A program made the translations under genes and the position numbers. From the NCBI GenBank assembly GCA_020049045.1, contig JAIFLN010000101.1, positions 2,117-66,116 of the forward strand: a DNA stretch of 64,000 nt, in the 5' to 3' direction. The notes under the pieces were generated by a model that saw only the letters and a list, made by a program, of their open reading frames with translations, made no database searches and had not been told where the DNA came from. Every line of letters starts with the position of its first letter. Within the stretch, counting starts at the first letter, position 1. This DNA is from Spirochaetota bacterium. GTDB lineage: Bacteria; Spirochaetota; Spirochaetia; JABEVK01. Shown piece by piece: positions 29,376-38,265 of the stretch.

Positions 29376-29642
29376 ATGTCGGATCAAGAACCTGCCCCTT
29401 TCACACTGAGCCGCGAACTCGACCTGCATACTTTTCTACCCAAAGACATCCCATCCGTAGTGGAAGAGTACCTGTTGGAAGCCCGGCGCTTGGGCTTTAA
29501 GCACGTCAGAATCGTGCATGGGAAGGGCATCGGTTTTCAACGGGAAGCCGTCAGAAAAGTATTGTCCGTAACACCATTTGTAACCGAGTATGAGGATGAC
29601 TCAGGCAACCGCGGAGCAACTTGGGCAACGCTGAAGGCATAA
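29376..29642 (+). CDS. Smr domain protein
   Basis: LDLHTF...VRIVHGKGIGFQREAV matches Smr (MutS2 C-terminal) domain. 88 aa. Confidence 0.8.
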   Translation: MSDQEPAPFTLSRELDLHTFLPKDIPSVVEEYLLEARRLGFKHVRIVHGKGIGFQREAVRKVLSVTPFVTEYEDDSGNRGATWATLKA

Positions 29643-29644
29643 AA

Positions 29645-29672
29645 AAACCACCCGCAAGGGTGGTCTTTTCTG
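29645..29672. terminator. bidirectional Rho-independent terminator between convergent Smr and rpmE2
   Basis: AAAAAAACCACCCGCAAGGGTGGTCTTTTCT: GC stem with GCAA loop, flanked by an A-run and a T-run. Confidence 0.6.
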
Positions 29673-29692
29673 GGAACTCCGCTTGCAGAGAA

Positions 29693-29971
29693 TTATTCTG
29701 CTGTGGGGGCGGCAGCTTCGGCAGGCTTGTTGATCTTGTACTTCTTGTTGAAGCGCTCAACCCGACCTGCGGTATCGACCAGCTGCTGCTGACCGGTAAA
29801 GAACGGGTGCGACGCCGAAGAAATTTCCACGGTGATCAGCGGATACTCCTTGCCGTCGGTATACTTGATCTTGTCCTTGCTGGACATGGTCGACCGAGTC
29901 AGGAACAACATACCGTTCAGTCCGTCCTTGAAGACGACATAGTCATATTTAGGGTGAATATCCGCTTTCAT
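29693..29971 (-). CDS. rpmE2: 50S ribosomal protein L31 type B (zinc-independent paralogue)
   Basis: [16 protein letters not shown]...[18 protein letters not shown]. No CxxC zinc ribbon. GGAGATA ribosome-binding site. The ORF-track N-extension was rejected. Confidence 0.9.
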   Translation of the reverse strand: MKADIHPKYDYVVFKDGLNGMLFLTRSTMSSKDKIKYTDGKEYPLITVEISSASHPFFTGQQQLVDTAGRVERFNKKYKINKPAEAAAPTAE

Positions 29972-30082
29972 AAGTATCTCCTTGGCCAGACCGGATTTCC
30001 CTCGGGAACCAAGTTCGCTGTGGACTCGGACTGGAGCCGCCAGCATAGCGGAAAACCAGTCCGAGCGTCAAGCTGGTTAGGC

Positions 30083-30898
30083 TTAGCGGGCCGCTTTCAG
30101 GGCCTGAAGGGCCAGACTGACAGCGGTGGGATGAAGGGTGGCGCCTGTAATGGCGTCGGTGGTTCCATCGGCCTTCAAAGGAATTTTGGCGGGGTCGCCG
30201 GCCTTGAGAATGGCATCCTGAACCCGGACTGCCTGCACGTTCCACTCACCCTGCTTGGCGACCTTAGCCATACCGTACTTGCCGGTTTCGGCTTCCACCA
30301 GCTTGGACTTCTTCTTCGAATCCTTGCTGACACCGTTCCAAAGCACATCGACAAGGGTGCCGTTGACAACGGTCACCATGACATTGTCTTTCCAGCCCGA
30401 GGCTTTGTCGAAATCAGAAGCGGCCTGGAAATACCAGCCGTCCTTGCTGAAGGGTCCTTTGGCGATGGGAGCAGAAGCAAGGGCTTTATCAATCAGTTTG
30501 AAAAAACCATCCACGTGCATTGAGGCACCAGTAATACCGTCGGCATAACCATCCTTGGTCATCTTACCGGCAACATTTTGGGTTTTGATCACCCAGGCAG
30601 CCACTGCATTGGCCTGAGCATCCCATTCCGCTTTGATTTTGGAGGCTTTGCCCATCCCGTAGCCCCCGGCAGCAGCCACCGTTTTTTTATCGGCTCCGGC
30701 GAGGTTTGACACACCATTCCAGTTCATCTCGGTGATTTTACCACCGGCGACTTTGAGCACAACCTGATCTTTCCAACCACTGGAACCAAACGCGGAATCC
30801 TGGGCAAAATACACACCATCCTTGGCCTTAACCTGGCCAAAAGTGACACCGGTCAACAAAAGGGAAAGCGCCAAGGCTACCCCGAAAATCTTGTTCAT
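30083..30898 (-). CDS. secreted protein with two tandem FMN-binding (FMN_bind) domains
   Basis: Signal peptide MNKIFGVALALSLLLTGVTFG. Two ~120-aa repeats each begin KDGxYFAQ..SGWKD and end with a flavinylation-type motif (DGITGASMH and DAITGATLH). GGAGGA ribosome-binding site. Confidence 0.75.
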   Translation of the reverse strand: MNKIFGVALALSLLLTGVTFGQVKAKDGVYFAQDSAFGSSGWKDQVVLKVAGGKITEMNWNGVSNLAGADKKTVAAAGGYGMGKASKIKAEWDAQANAVAAWVIKTQNVAGKMTKDGYADGITGASMHVDGFFKLIDKALASAPIAKGPFSKDGWYFQAASDFDKASGWKDNVMVTVVNGTLVDVLWNGVSKDSKKKSKLVEAETGKYGMAKVAKQGEWNVQAVRVQDAILKAGDPAKIPLKADGTTDAITGATLHPTAVSLALQALKAAR

Positions 30899-30947
30899 GA
30901 AATCCTCCACTGGAAATTCTTTTCCTATTTTGCCATGATGGGGCATC

Positions 30948-32171
30948 ATGATCAAGATCAACGAGAATTATCAGAAACTCCAAGCCAGCTACCTCTTCAC
31001 CACCATCAGCCGGAAGGTGGAAGCGTATGCCAAGGCTCATCCCGACAAAAAGATCATCCGGCTGGGAATCGGGGATGTCACGTTACCCCTGAGTAGAACC
31101 GTTGTCGAGGCGTTTCACCGGGGGGTCGATGAAATGGCCCGCGCAGAAACCTTCAAAGGCTACGGTCCGGAACAGGGGTATGCGTTCTTGCGGGAAGCTA
31201 TTGCTGCCCATGACTTTCAGGCCCGTGGTGCCCAGATCGGTGCGCATGAGATTTTTGTGAGTGACGGTTCCAAGTGCGATACAGGAAATTTCCAAGAATT
31301 GTTTGCCCAGGACCTGCGTATCGGTATTCCTGACCCGGTATACCCGGTATATGTCGACACCAATGTGATGGCGGGACGAACGGGGTCGGCCGTCGATGGG
31401 CGTTATGAAGGTTTGACCTATCTGGAAGGAAACCACGCCAATGGTTTTGTTCCGTCACCTCCGGATTTTCCATTGGACCTGGTCTACCTGTGCTTTCCAA
31501 ACAATCCCACAGGGGCCGTTGCCACACGGGCCCAGCTGCAGGCTTGGGTGGATTGGGCTCTCAAGCACAAGGCACTGATCTTGTTTGACGCCGCGTATTC
31601 CGCCTTTGTGAGAGATCCTGCCATCCCCCTTTCGATTTTTGAGTTGGAGGGCGCCCGGAAATGCGCTGTGGAATTCCGCTCGTTCAGCAAGACGGCTGGT
31701 TTCACTGGCACGCGTTGCGCCTACACCGTCATTCCAGACAGTGTTCTAGCGTGGGATGAAGCAGGAAACAGCCACAAGCTCCTTGATCTGTGGAACCGCC
31801 GTCACAGCACCAAATTCAACGGGGTGAGCTATCCGGTTCAGGTGGCGGCCGCCTCCATCTACACGGCTGAAGGGAAAAAAGAGGTTCAGGAGCTGACGGA
31901 CTACTACATGGCCAACGCCAAACTCATCCGGGACAAAATGTCTTCGCTGGGCCTTGAGGTAACCGGCGGACAGAATGGTCCCTATGTTTGGGTCAAGGCC
32001 GGCAAGGATAGCTGGGAGACTTTCGATACCATTCTCGAGAAGGCTCAGGTGGTGGTGACCCCCGGTTCAGGCTTCGGTACCTGCGGCCAGGGTTATATCC
32101 GTATCAGCGCCTTCAACCACCGGGAAAAGGTCCTTGAGGCCTTGGCGCGTTTGGAAACCGCTCTGCGTTGA
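30948..32171 (+). CDS. dapL: LL-diaminopimelate aminotransferase
   Basis: N-terminus MIKINENYQKLQASYLF...IIRLGIGDVTLPL characteristic of DapL. 407 aa, PLP aminotransferase fold. Confidence 0.9.
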   Translation: MIKINENYQKLQASYLFTTISRKVEAYAKAHPDKKIIRLGIGDVTLPLSRTVVEAFHRGVDEMARAETFKGYGPEQGYAFLREAIAAHDFQARGAQIGAHEIFVSDGSKCDTGNFQELFAQDLRIGIPDPVYPVYVDTNVMAGRTGSAVDGRYEGLTYLEGNHANGFVPSPPDFPLDLVYLCFPNNPTGAVATRAQLQAWVDWALKHKALILFDAAYSAFVRDPAIPLSIFELEGARKCAVEFRSFSKTAGFTGTRCAYTVIPDSVLAWDEAGNSHKLLDLWNRRHSTKFNGVSYPVQVAAASIYTAEGKKEVQELTDYYMANAKLIRDKMSSLGLEVTGGQNGPYVWVKAGKDSWETFDTILEKAQVVVTPGSGFGTCGQGYIRISAFNHREKVLEALARLETALR

Positions 32172-32493
32172 GAGAACGGGCCACAGAGCGGGCTTCCAAA
32201 GCAAACTGGTCGGCGAGGTCTTGGAGGATCTGGGAGGAAAGGTCCTCGTCAAGGGCACGTTTCACTTCGGCCTCCAAGGCCTTGAGGCTTACTAATGCCA
32301 GGTTTTCGATCATAGGGCGGTGAGTGTGTCTCAAGCGGGCCAAGGCGGCACGGTCTTTGGTGGCAAGCACCTTGGACAGATCGGCAGCGTAAGCCTCAAG
32401 TTGTTGTTCCAGGGCAGAGACTAGTTCCCAGAATTCGGTGGTACGGCCATCGAAGAGTTGTTCATAATAGCGAAGGGAATAGGACACATCCAT
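32113..32493 (-). CDS. hypothetical helical protein (possible HPt-like)
   Basis: 127 aa from MDVSYSLRYYEQ. Protein-like composition, contains RLRHTHRPMIENLAL. Overlaps the dapL 3' end by 59 nt. Its ATG is interlocked with the divergent 5-FCL ATG (CATG). Confidence 0.35.
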   Translation of the reverse strand: MDVSYSLRYYEQLFDGRTTEFWELVSALEQQLEAYAADLSKVLATKDRAALARLRHTHRPMIENLALVSLKALEAEVKRALDEDLSSQILQDLADQFALEARSVARSLNAERFPNAPRPQGPFPGG

Positions 32494-33139
32494 GGATTCG
32501 AAGGTAGTGCACAGCAAGCTCCCCGACAAGGATTTCTTGCGTCAAAATCTCCGACAGAGGCTCAGCAACCTCCCAGTAAACCAAATTTGTGAAGAAACAA
32601 GGCTTTTGAACCAAGCCTTGATGGAGTGGACCTCAAAAAAAAGCTTCCAAGTGGTGCTCACAACGCTGCCAGCAAAAGACGAGCCCGATTTATCTGAGTT
32701 TCTAAACTGGTGGTTGAAGCAGAGTAAGCAGGTGGCCCTGGCTAGAACGGGTCCAGAAAGAAGCCTTTCGTTTCACTATGTGTCTCACTTCGAAGGACCG
32801 TGGGATACCAAGCCCTGGGGTCTGAGAGAGCCGCCGCAAACCGCACCAGTTTGGAGACCAGAGCGGGAGACGCTGTGCCTGGTGCCCGGCCTCGCATTTT
32901 CGGCAACCCCGGGTGAAGGTGCTTTCAGGCTGGGACGGGGTGGCGGGTACTACGACCGGTGGCTGGCAGAATACCGAACCCATGCGTTGGCCCTGGGGAT
33001 AGGATTCTCGGTGCAAACCGTGGAATCCCTCCCCCAGGAACCACACGACCAGCCGCTGGACGGCTGGTGGGATGGAACGACTTTTCGAGGTCTTTCTGAA
33101 CTCAGCGCTTCACCCGGCGTGTCGAAACGTCGAAGATGA
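32492..33139 (+). CDS. 5-formyltetrahydrofolate cyclo-ligase
   Basis: LRQNLRQRL..., PGLAFSATPGEGAFRLGRGGGYYDRWL matches the MTHFS/YgfA family signature. Confidence 0.8.
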   Translation: MDSKVVHSKLPDKDFLRQNLRQRLSNLPVNQICEETRLLNQALMEWTSKKSFQVVLTTLPAKDEPDLSEFLNWWLKQSKQVALARTGPERSLSFHYVSHFEGPWDTKPWGLREPPQTAPVWRPERETLCLVPGLAFSATPGEGAFRLGRGGGYYDRWLAEYRTHALALGIGFSVQTVESLPQEPHDQPLDGWWDGTTFRGLSELSASPGVSKRRR

Positions 33140-34289
33140 CCGCTAGGACCAGGACGCCGCCTCGAATGATGTACTGCAGAGACTCGTCCACACCCATCAG
33201 ATTCATTCCGTTTCGCAACGACATATACACCAATGCCCCAACCATCGATCCAGTGATTTTTCCGACACCGCCAGCCGCCGAAACCCCGCCGATGTACGCG
33301 GCGGCGATGGCATCGAGCTCGAACAAGGTGCCCGCCGTCGGTCCGGCTGACTGAAGGCGTGAGGCGAAGAGAATGCCGGCGACGGCTGACAGCAGTCCCA
33401 TGGAACCAAACACCATCAAAGTGATCTTGCTGACACTGATGCCCGAGAGTTCAGCCGCTTCAGGGTTACCGCCGACGGCATAGATATGGCGACCCAGCAC
33501 AGTCTGCCGGCTGATCCAGTCATAGATTCCCACGACGACAAGCATGATAACGACTGTCCAGCCCATACCGTTGTAGCCCGCGAGCTTCCAGGTGATAAAG
33601 GCCAAAGCCCCGGAAATAAGAACCAGTTTAAGAATGAGCATATCGGTTGGGATCACATCAAACTGATACGACTTCTTTTGCTTGCGGGCCCGCAAGTCCG
33701 AGAAAATAAACCAAATGATGGCAAGCAGCCCCAGAAGGAGCGTAACCTTGTGCAGTCCCGGCAGAAAGAGTGAGTTTTCCGGAAAGATATCGGGAATGCT
33801 GCCGTTGCCGAGGGCAACAAAGGTAGGATCGGAAATATTGATGGTTCCCGTGCCCGTCGTCGAAAGCAGAAGGAGACCCCGGTAAATCAGCCAGCCTGCC
33901 AGAGAGGCAACGAAAGACGGGATTCCAAGCTTGGCGACGGGAAGCGAGGTCAACAGACCGGCCAAGATTCCCAGCACGAGCACTGCAGGAATCACAAGCC
34001 AGATCGGCAGGTGAAGAATACTCAAACCGATGGCCGTCACAGCGCCAAGAAACCCGGCGAGGAACCCAACCGAGAGGTCGATATGCCGGATGACGATGAC
34101 AAGCGTCATACCGACGGCGAGAACGGCAATATAGCCAGTCTGATTCATCAAGTCGGCAATGTTTCTGGGCGACAGGAACAAGCCATTTGTGGCGATGGTG
34201 AATATGGTCATGATCACGAACAAGGCGATAAACATTCCGTAGTCGCGGATGTTTTTGTTCAAAGCTTTTTGCAGATCTTGAATGGTCAC
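33102..34289 (-). CDS. sugar ABC transporter permease (XylH/RbsC/GguB type)
   Basis: 395 aa, about 10 TM helices. Branched-chain/monosaccharide permease architecture. Confidence 0.9.
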   Translation of the reverse strand: MTIQDLQKALNKNIRDYGMFIALFVIMTIFTIATNGLFLSPRNIADLMNQTGYIAVLAVGMTLVIVIRHIDLSVGFLAGFLGAVTAIGLSILHLPIWLVIPAVLVLGILAGLLTSLPVAKLGIPSFVASLAGWLIYRGLLLLSTTGTGTINISDPTFVALGNGSIPDIFPENSLFLPGLHKVTLLLGLLAIIWFIFSDLRARKQKKSYQFDVIPTDMLILKLVLISGALAFITWKLAGYNGMGWTVVIMLVVVGIYDWISRQTVLGRHIYAVGGNPEAAELSGISVSKITLMVFGSMGLLSAVAGILFASRLQSAGPTAGTLFELDAIAAAYIGGVSAAGGVGKITGSMVGALVYMSLRNGMNLMGVDESLQYIIRGGVLVLAVIFDVSTRRVKR

Positions 34290-34320
34290 GGGCGGGTCTC
34301 CTTACTTTGGGTGGGTTTGT

Positions 34321-35841
34321 CTACTGAGTCGCAAGGTGCATGATCTTTTCTTGGTCGGCTTCCTCGCGGGACAGCTCTCCGGCAATCTTTCCTGCTGAAA
34401 CGACATAAATCCGGTCACTCATACCAAGGACTTCGGGAAGCTCGGAGGAGATCATAATGATGCTCATGCCCAGCTCAACCAAGCGGTTCATAATGGTGTA
34501 GATCTCAAATTTGGCCCCTACGTCGATACCTCGGGAAGGTTCATCAAGGATCAGAATTTTGGGTTCGACAAACAGCCATTTGGCGATGGAGACTTTCTGC
34601 TGGTTTCCACCGGAAAGGTTGACAACGGCCTGCTCGACACTCGGCGCTTTGATGTTGAGAGCAGCCTTGAACTCGTTGGCGTGCTTGACCTCTTGGTTGG
34701 CGTCAACCACACCTCTGCGAGAGATTTTCAGAAGATTGGCCAGAGTAATGTTGGATTTGATATCCTGAATCAGGATCAGGCCATTCCCCTTGCGGTCTTC
34801 CGAGGCATAGGCCAAGCCTGCCTTGATCGCTTCCGAGGGAGACCGGAACCGGTTTTTCTGTTGATGGAAAGTCACTTCTCCCTCAATCTCATAACCATCT
34901 GGATTTCCAAAGAGGCTTTTCGCCAGCTCGGTTCTCCCTGATCCCATCAACCCGGCAATGCCGATGATTTCCCCTTTTCGGAGCTTGAAACTGACATTTT
35001 TCAGGACGGCCCGACCCAATTTGGGGCTGTAGGCACTCCAATTGTTGACTTGAAGGACCAGTTCGTCCTCAATCTTGTGGTGGCGGGGCGGGTAGATATT
35101 GTTGATTTCCCGCCCGACCATATTCTTGATCAGCAGAGTTTCGGAAACCTCTCCCTTGTGGCGGTCCAAAGTACAGATGGTGCGTCCATCCCGCAGAACG
35201 GTCACTGTATCGGCAATCTCAATGACTTCTTTCAGCCGATGCGAAATCAGAACGGAGGTGATGCCGCTTTTTTTGAGATCCTGGATCAGACTGAGCAGGT
35301 TTTCGGCGTCGTCCTCGTTGAGCGCGGCAGTCGGCTCATCCAAAATCAGCAGCTTGACATCTTTGCACAGGGCCTTGGCAATCTCAATCAGCTGCTGCTG
35401 TCCGATGCCCAGATCCTTGACCAAGGTTTCAGGATTCACATTGAGCCGGACGGTCTTGAGCATCTGTGTTGCTTTCTTAATCGTCTCGTTCCAATCCACA
35501 CTGAGGCCTTTCGTGATTTCCTGGCCCATCAGGATGTTTTCATAGACCGAGAGCTCGGGAAAAAGAGCCAGCTCCTGGTAAATTATGGCAATACCGGCGT
35601 GCTCACTGTCCGAAATACCGCGAAAGGATTGAACCTCGCCCCGGAACAGGATGTCTCCCGAATACGAGCCGTGGGGATAAACCCCGCTCAACACCTTCAT
35701 CAAGGTCGATTTTCCGGCACCGTTTTCACCGACCAAACAGTGGATCTCACCTTCAGCAACCTGGAAACTGACTTCATCCAGAGCCTTGACCCCGGGGAAG
35801 GTTTTCGAAATCGAACGCATTTCAAGGATATGGGGACTCAT
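34321..35841 (-). CDS. sugar ABC transporter ATP-binding protein (duplicated ABC domains, XylG/MglA type)
   Basis: Two Walker A motifs (GENGAGKST; GLMGSGRTE), LSGGNQQK signature. 506 aa. Confidence 0.9.
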   Translation of the reverse strand: MSPHILEMRSISKTFPGVKALDEVSFQVAEGEIHCLVGENGAGKSTLMKVLSGVYPHGSYSGDILFRGEVQSFRGISDSEHAGIAIIYQELALFPELSVYENILMGQEITKGLSVDWNETIKKATQMLKTVRLNVNPETLVKDLGIGQQQLIEIAKALCKDVKLLILDEPTAALNEDDAENLLSLIQDLKKSGITSVLISHRLKEVIEIADTVTVLRDGRTICTLDRHKGEVSETLLIKNMVGREINNIYPPRHHKIEDELVLQVNNWSAYSPKLGRAVLKNVSFKLRKGEIIGIAGLMGSGRTELAKSLFGNPDGYEIEGEVTFHQQKNRFRSPSEAIKAGLAYASEDRKGNGLILIQDIKSNITLANLLKISRRGVVDANQEVKHANEFKAALNIKAPSVEQAVVNLSGGNQQKVSIAKWLFVEPKILILDEPSRGIDVGAKFEIYTIMNRLVELGMSIIMISSELPEVLGMSDRIYVVSAGKIAGELSREEADQEKIMHLATQ

Positions 35842-35914
35842 GGGTTCTCCTGGAGGAAAAAAAGGGGAAGAAAAGGCTCGCGCGATTTCTTCCCCAAATC
35901 AGAGTAAACGGATG

Positions 35915-37003
35915 TTACTGGAGGCCGGTGAAGTCAGCGGCAGGGTAGTAGCCGGAGTCAACAATGGCAGCCTTGACGTTGTCCTGGGTGACACTGACGA
36001 CTTCAGCGGGAGTCGAAGGAACTTCCACAACGCCGTTGTTGTAGGTCTTGCTGGAAGCAGGGGTCTCGCCCTTGGCGAAGGTAATCGCGGTGGCAATGGC
36101 GCTGGCAACCAGGGTCCGGGTGTCCTTGAGGACGGTCATCGACTGCTTTCCATCAATGATGTACTGGATCGAAGCCTTGTCGGCGTCCTGACCGGTAATC
36201 TTGTAGCTCTTGATGTCTTTGTCGGTGGCGAAGGTGTCCGCAATAGCGCGGGCAGTCTGGTCGTTGGGTCCGAGGATGAACACATCGCCTTTCTGGGAAG
36301 CATTGGCAGCGGTGAGGTGGGCCTCAGCCTTGCTCTTGGCGTCGGCAGGATTCCAGTTGGTGGTGATCTGGCCGATGATCGAAGCCATTTCTTCGCGGGT
36401 CAGCTGAGCCTTGTCCTTGAGCTTGATGGCTTCAGCACTGTTGGCGATGACAAAGGTTCCATCGGCAATCTTGGGCTGCAGCTGACTCCAGGCGCCGTCA
36501 AAGAAAATGAAGGCGTTGTTGTCGGAAGCGGCACCGGCGTAGAGATACAGATTGTTGCCCTGACCGGAGGCTTTGGAAACGAGGTATTCACCCCAAGCGG
36601 CACCGACGTTAAAGGAGTCAAAGGTCACATAGAAGTCAACGTTGGCGGTACCGGTGATCAGGCGGTCGTAAGCGACAACCTTGACCCCGGCCTTTTTGGC
36701 GGCGTCGGCCGAAGCAGCGGCGGAAGCCGAGTCAACGGGACAGAGAACCAGAACTTTGATGCCCTTGGTGAGCAGGGTCTCGACGTTGGACTTCTCTTTC
36801 GAGGAGTCTTTTTCGCTGAACAAAACTTCGGCAGTAATACCGGCAGTCTTCAAGGCTTCCTGAAAGCGGGTCTGGTCTTGGATCCAGCGTTCTTCGTCCT
36901 TGGTGGGGAGAACAATGCCTACCTGAATGGTAGAGTTGTTACAGCTGACAAAAGCAGCCATGAGAGCTAAAGCAGAAATCAGAACAGCAAAGGTTTTCTT
37001 CAT
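35915..37003 (-). CDS. sugar ABC transporter substrate-binding lipoprotein (ChvE/XylF-like)
   Basis: MKKTFAVLISALALMAAFVSC lipoprotein signal. Periplasmic-binding-protein type-I fold. GAGGAGG ribosome-binding site. Confidence 0.85.
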   Translation of the reverse strand: MKKTFAVLISALALMAAFVSCNNSTIQVGIVLPTKDEERWIQDQTRFQEALKTAGITAEVLFSEKDSSKEKSNVETLLTKGIKVLVLCPVDSASAAASADAAKKAGVKVVAYDRLITGTANVDFYVTFDSFNVGAAWGEYLVSKASGQGNNLYLYAGAASDNNAFIFFDGAWSQLQPKIADGTFVIANSAEAIKLKDKAQLTREEMASIIGQITTNWNPADAKSKAEAHLTAANASQKGDVFILGPNDQTARAIADTFATDKDIKSYKITGQDADKASIQYIIDGKQSMTVLKDTRTLVASAIATAITFAKGETPASSKTYNNGVVEVPSTPAEVVSVTQDNVKAAIVDSGYYPAADFTGLQ

Positions 37004-37021
37004 AGAAAATCCTCCTCTCGA

Positions 37022-37050
37022 ACTTTACGGCGCAAAGCCGCATACCGCAA
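37022..37050 (-). promoter_or_regulatory. candidate sigma70-type promoter for the sugar ABC operon
   Basis: Minus strand TTGCGG-17nt-TAAAGT, about 20 nt upstream of the GAGGAGG ribosome-binding site. Sequence-only guess. Confidence 0.25.
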
Positions 37051-37195
37051 AAAAGCGATGCTAACACGATCCACCGGATTTTCAATCCTGTCATCAGGAG
37101 TTAGGGATCGACTTTCTTCACTTTGAACCTGCCAGGAGGATGACATCAGGGCCTATAGCACTCTGATCAGCACGAAAGGGAGAAAAGTCCAGATC

Positions 37196-38224
37196 TCAAG
37201 GCTTTCCAGGGATGTTCTGATAGACATCTTTGGCTGCGTGAAATCCATCTTTGATCACCGTGGCTTCCAAATTTGCGCGGGTGACCAGCAAGGGCTCCAG
37301 CCTGACGTAGGGAACAGCCGTGGAACCGTCGTCGATAGAACCGTCGGTTTCGATCGTTTCCCGGTTGGCCAGCATCACAGCAAAGCCGGCGGCCTTCAGA
37401 GCCAGACGCTCCACCGGTTTATAGATGGTAGCCAGCTGAGACCCCTCGGCGATTCGCTGGCAAGCAGCGAGATCGGCATCTTGTCCCGCCACTTTCACCA
37501 AGCCACTGCGGCCATTTTCGGAAAAAAACCGAATGGCCTCTTCAGCCAGCATATCATCACCGGCAACAATGCCCTGAATGTCCTGTATCTGCGGCAACAG
37601 AAGCTCGAGCGAAGCCCGAACTTCATTGTTATCCCAGGCTTCAGGCCAGATTTCGGAAACAATACGAATTTTCCCCGAATCAACGGAGGGCCGCAACACG
37701 CTCAGAATTCCGCTGTTGATCATAACTGCATTGTTGTCGGTCTTCGCTCCGTTGATGATTAAGTAGCCGCCTTGTTTAACCTGTCCGAGCACTGCCGAGG
37801 CCATCAAACTGCCAACTTTTTCATTGTCAAAACTGATATAGAGATCCACCCCGGCGTTCCTCACCAGCCGGTCGTAGGAGACAACAGGAATTCCTTTTGC
37901 CCGGACCTCACGAACCACCGATGAAAGCCTATCAGCATCATTGGCAACAATCACAAGGACATCGATACCCTCTTTCACCAGCTCGCGGACTTGGAACTCC
38001 TGAAAAGCAACATCTTGATTGGCAACCCGAAGAATCACTTGAGCTCCCAAATCTCTGGCTGCGTCTTGAAATGCCGCGATATCCCTCTGCCATCGTTCCA
38101 GAACCAGAGAATCTTGAGAGAACCCGATGACCGGTACATGATCCACCGATGCGGGCCCTTTGGGGCTGCAGGAAGCCCCAAGAAGACCCAAAATCAAAGC
38201 GAGTGCTCCCAATAAAAATCTCAT
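37196..38224 (-). CDS. periplasmic sugar-binding lipoprotein, sensor-associated (XylFII-like)
   Basis: MRFLLGALALILGLLGASC lipoprotein signal. Periplasmic-binding-protein type-I fold. Directly downstream of the kinase/regulator pair and upstream of the ABC operon. Confidence 0.7.
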   Translation of the reverse strand: MRFLLGALALILGLLGASCSPKGPASVDHVPVIGFSQDSLVLERWQRDIAAFQDAARDLGAQVILRVANQDVAFQEFQVRELVKEGIDVLVIVANDADRLSSVVREVRAKGIPVVSYDRLVRNAGVDLYISFDNEKVGSLMASAVLGQVKQGGYLIINGAKTDNNAVMINSGILSVLRPSVDSGKIRIVSEIWPEAWDNNEVRASLELLLPQIQDIQGIVAGDDMLAEEAIRFFSENGRSGLVKVAGQDADLAACQRIAEGSQLATIYKPVERLALKAAGFAVMLANRETIETDGSIDDGSTAVPYVRLEPLLVTRANLEATVIKDGFHAAKDVYQNIPGKP

Positions 38225-38265
38225 TTTGTGATTATCACTCCTCAAGGCTGATGCGGCAACAGAAT

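Noticed and set aside
29621-30523. 300-aa plus-strand ORF
   Set aside because: Antisense to rpmE2 and the FMN-binding protein gene, spans their intergenic leader, Gly/Arg-rich.
35786-36970. 394-aa plus-strand ORF (Gly/Val/Asp-rich, GGxGxG-like low complexity)
   Set aside because: Antisense to the well-supported sugar-binding lipoprotein gene. Low-complexity mirror of an Ala/Thr/Asp-rich protein; no start context.
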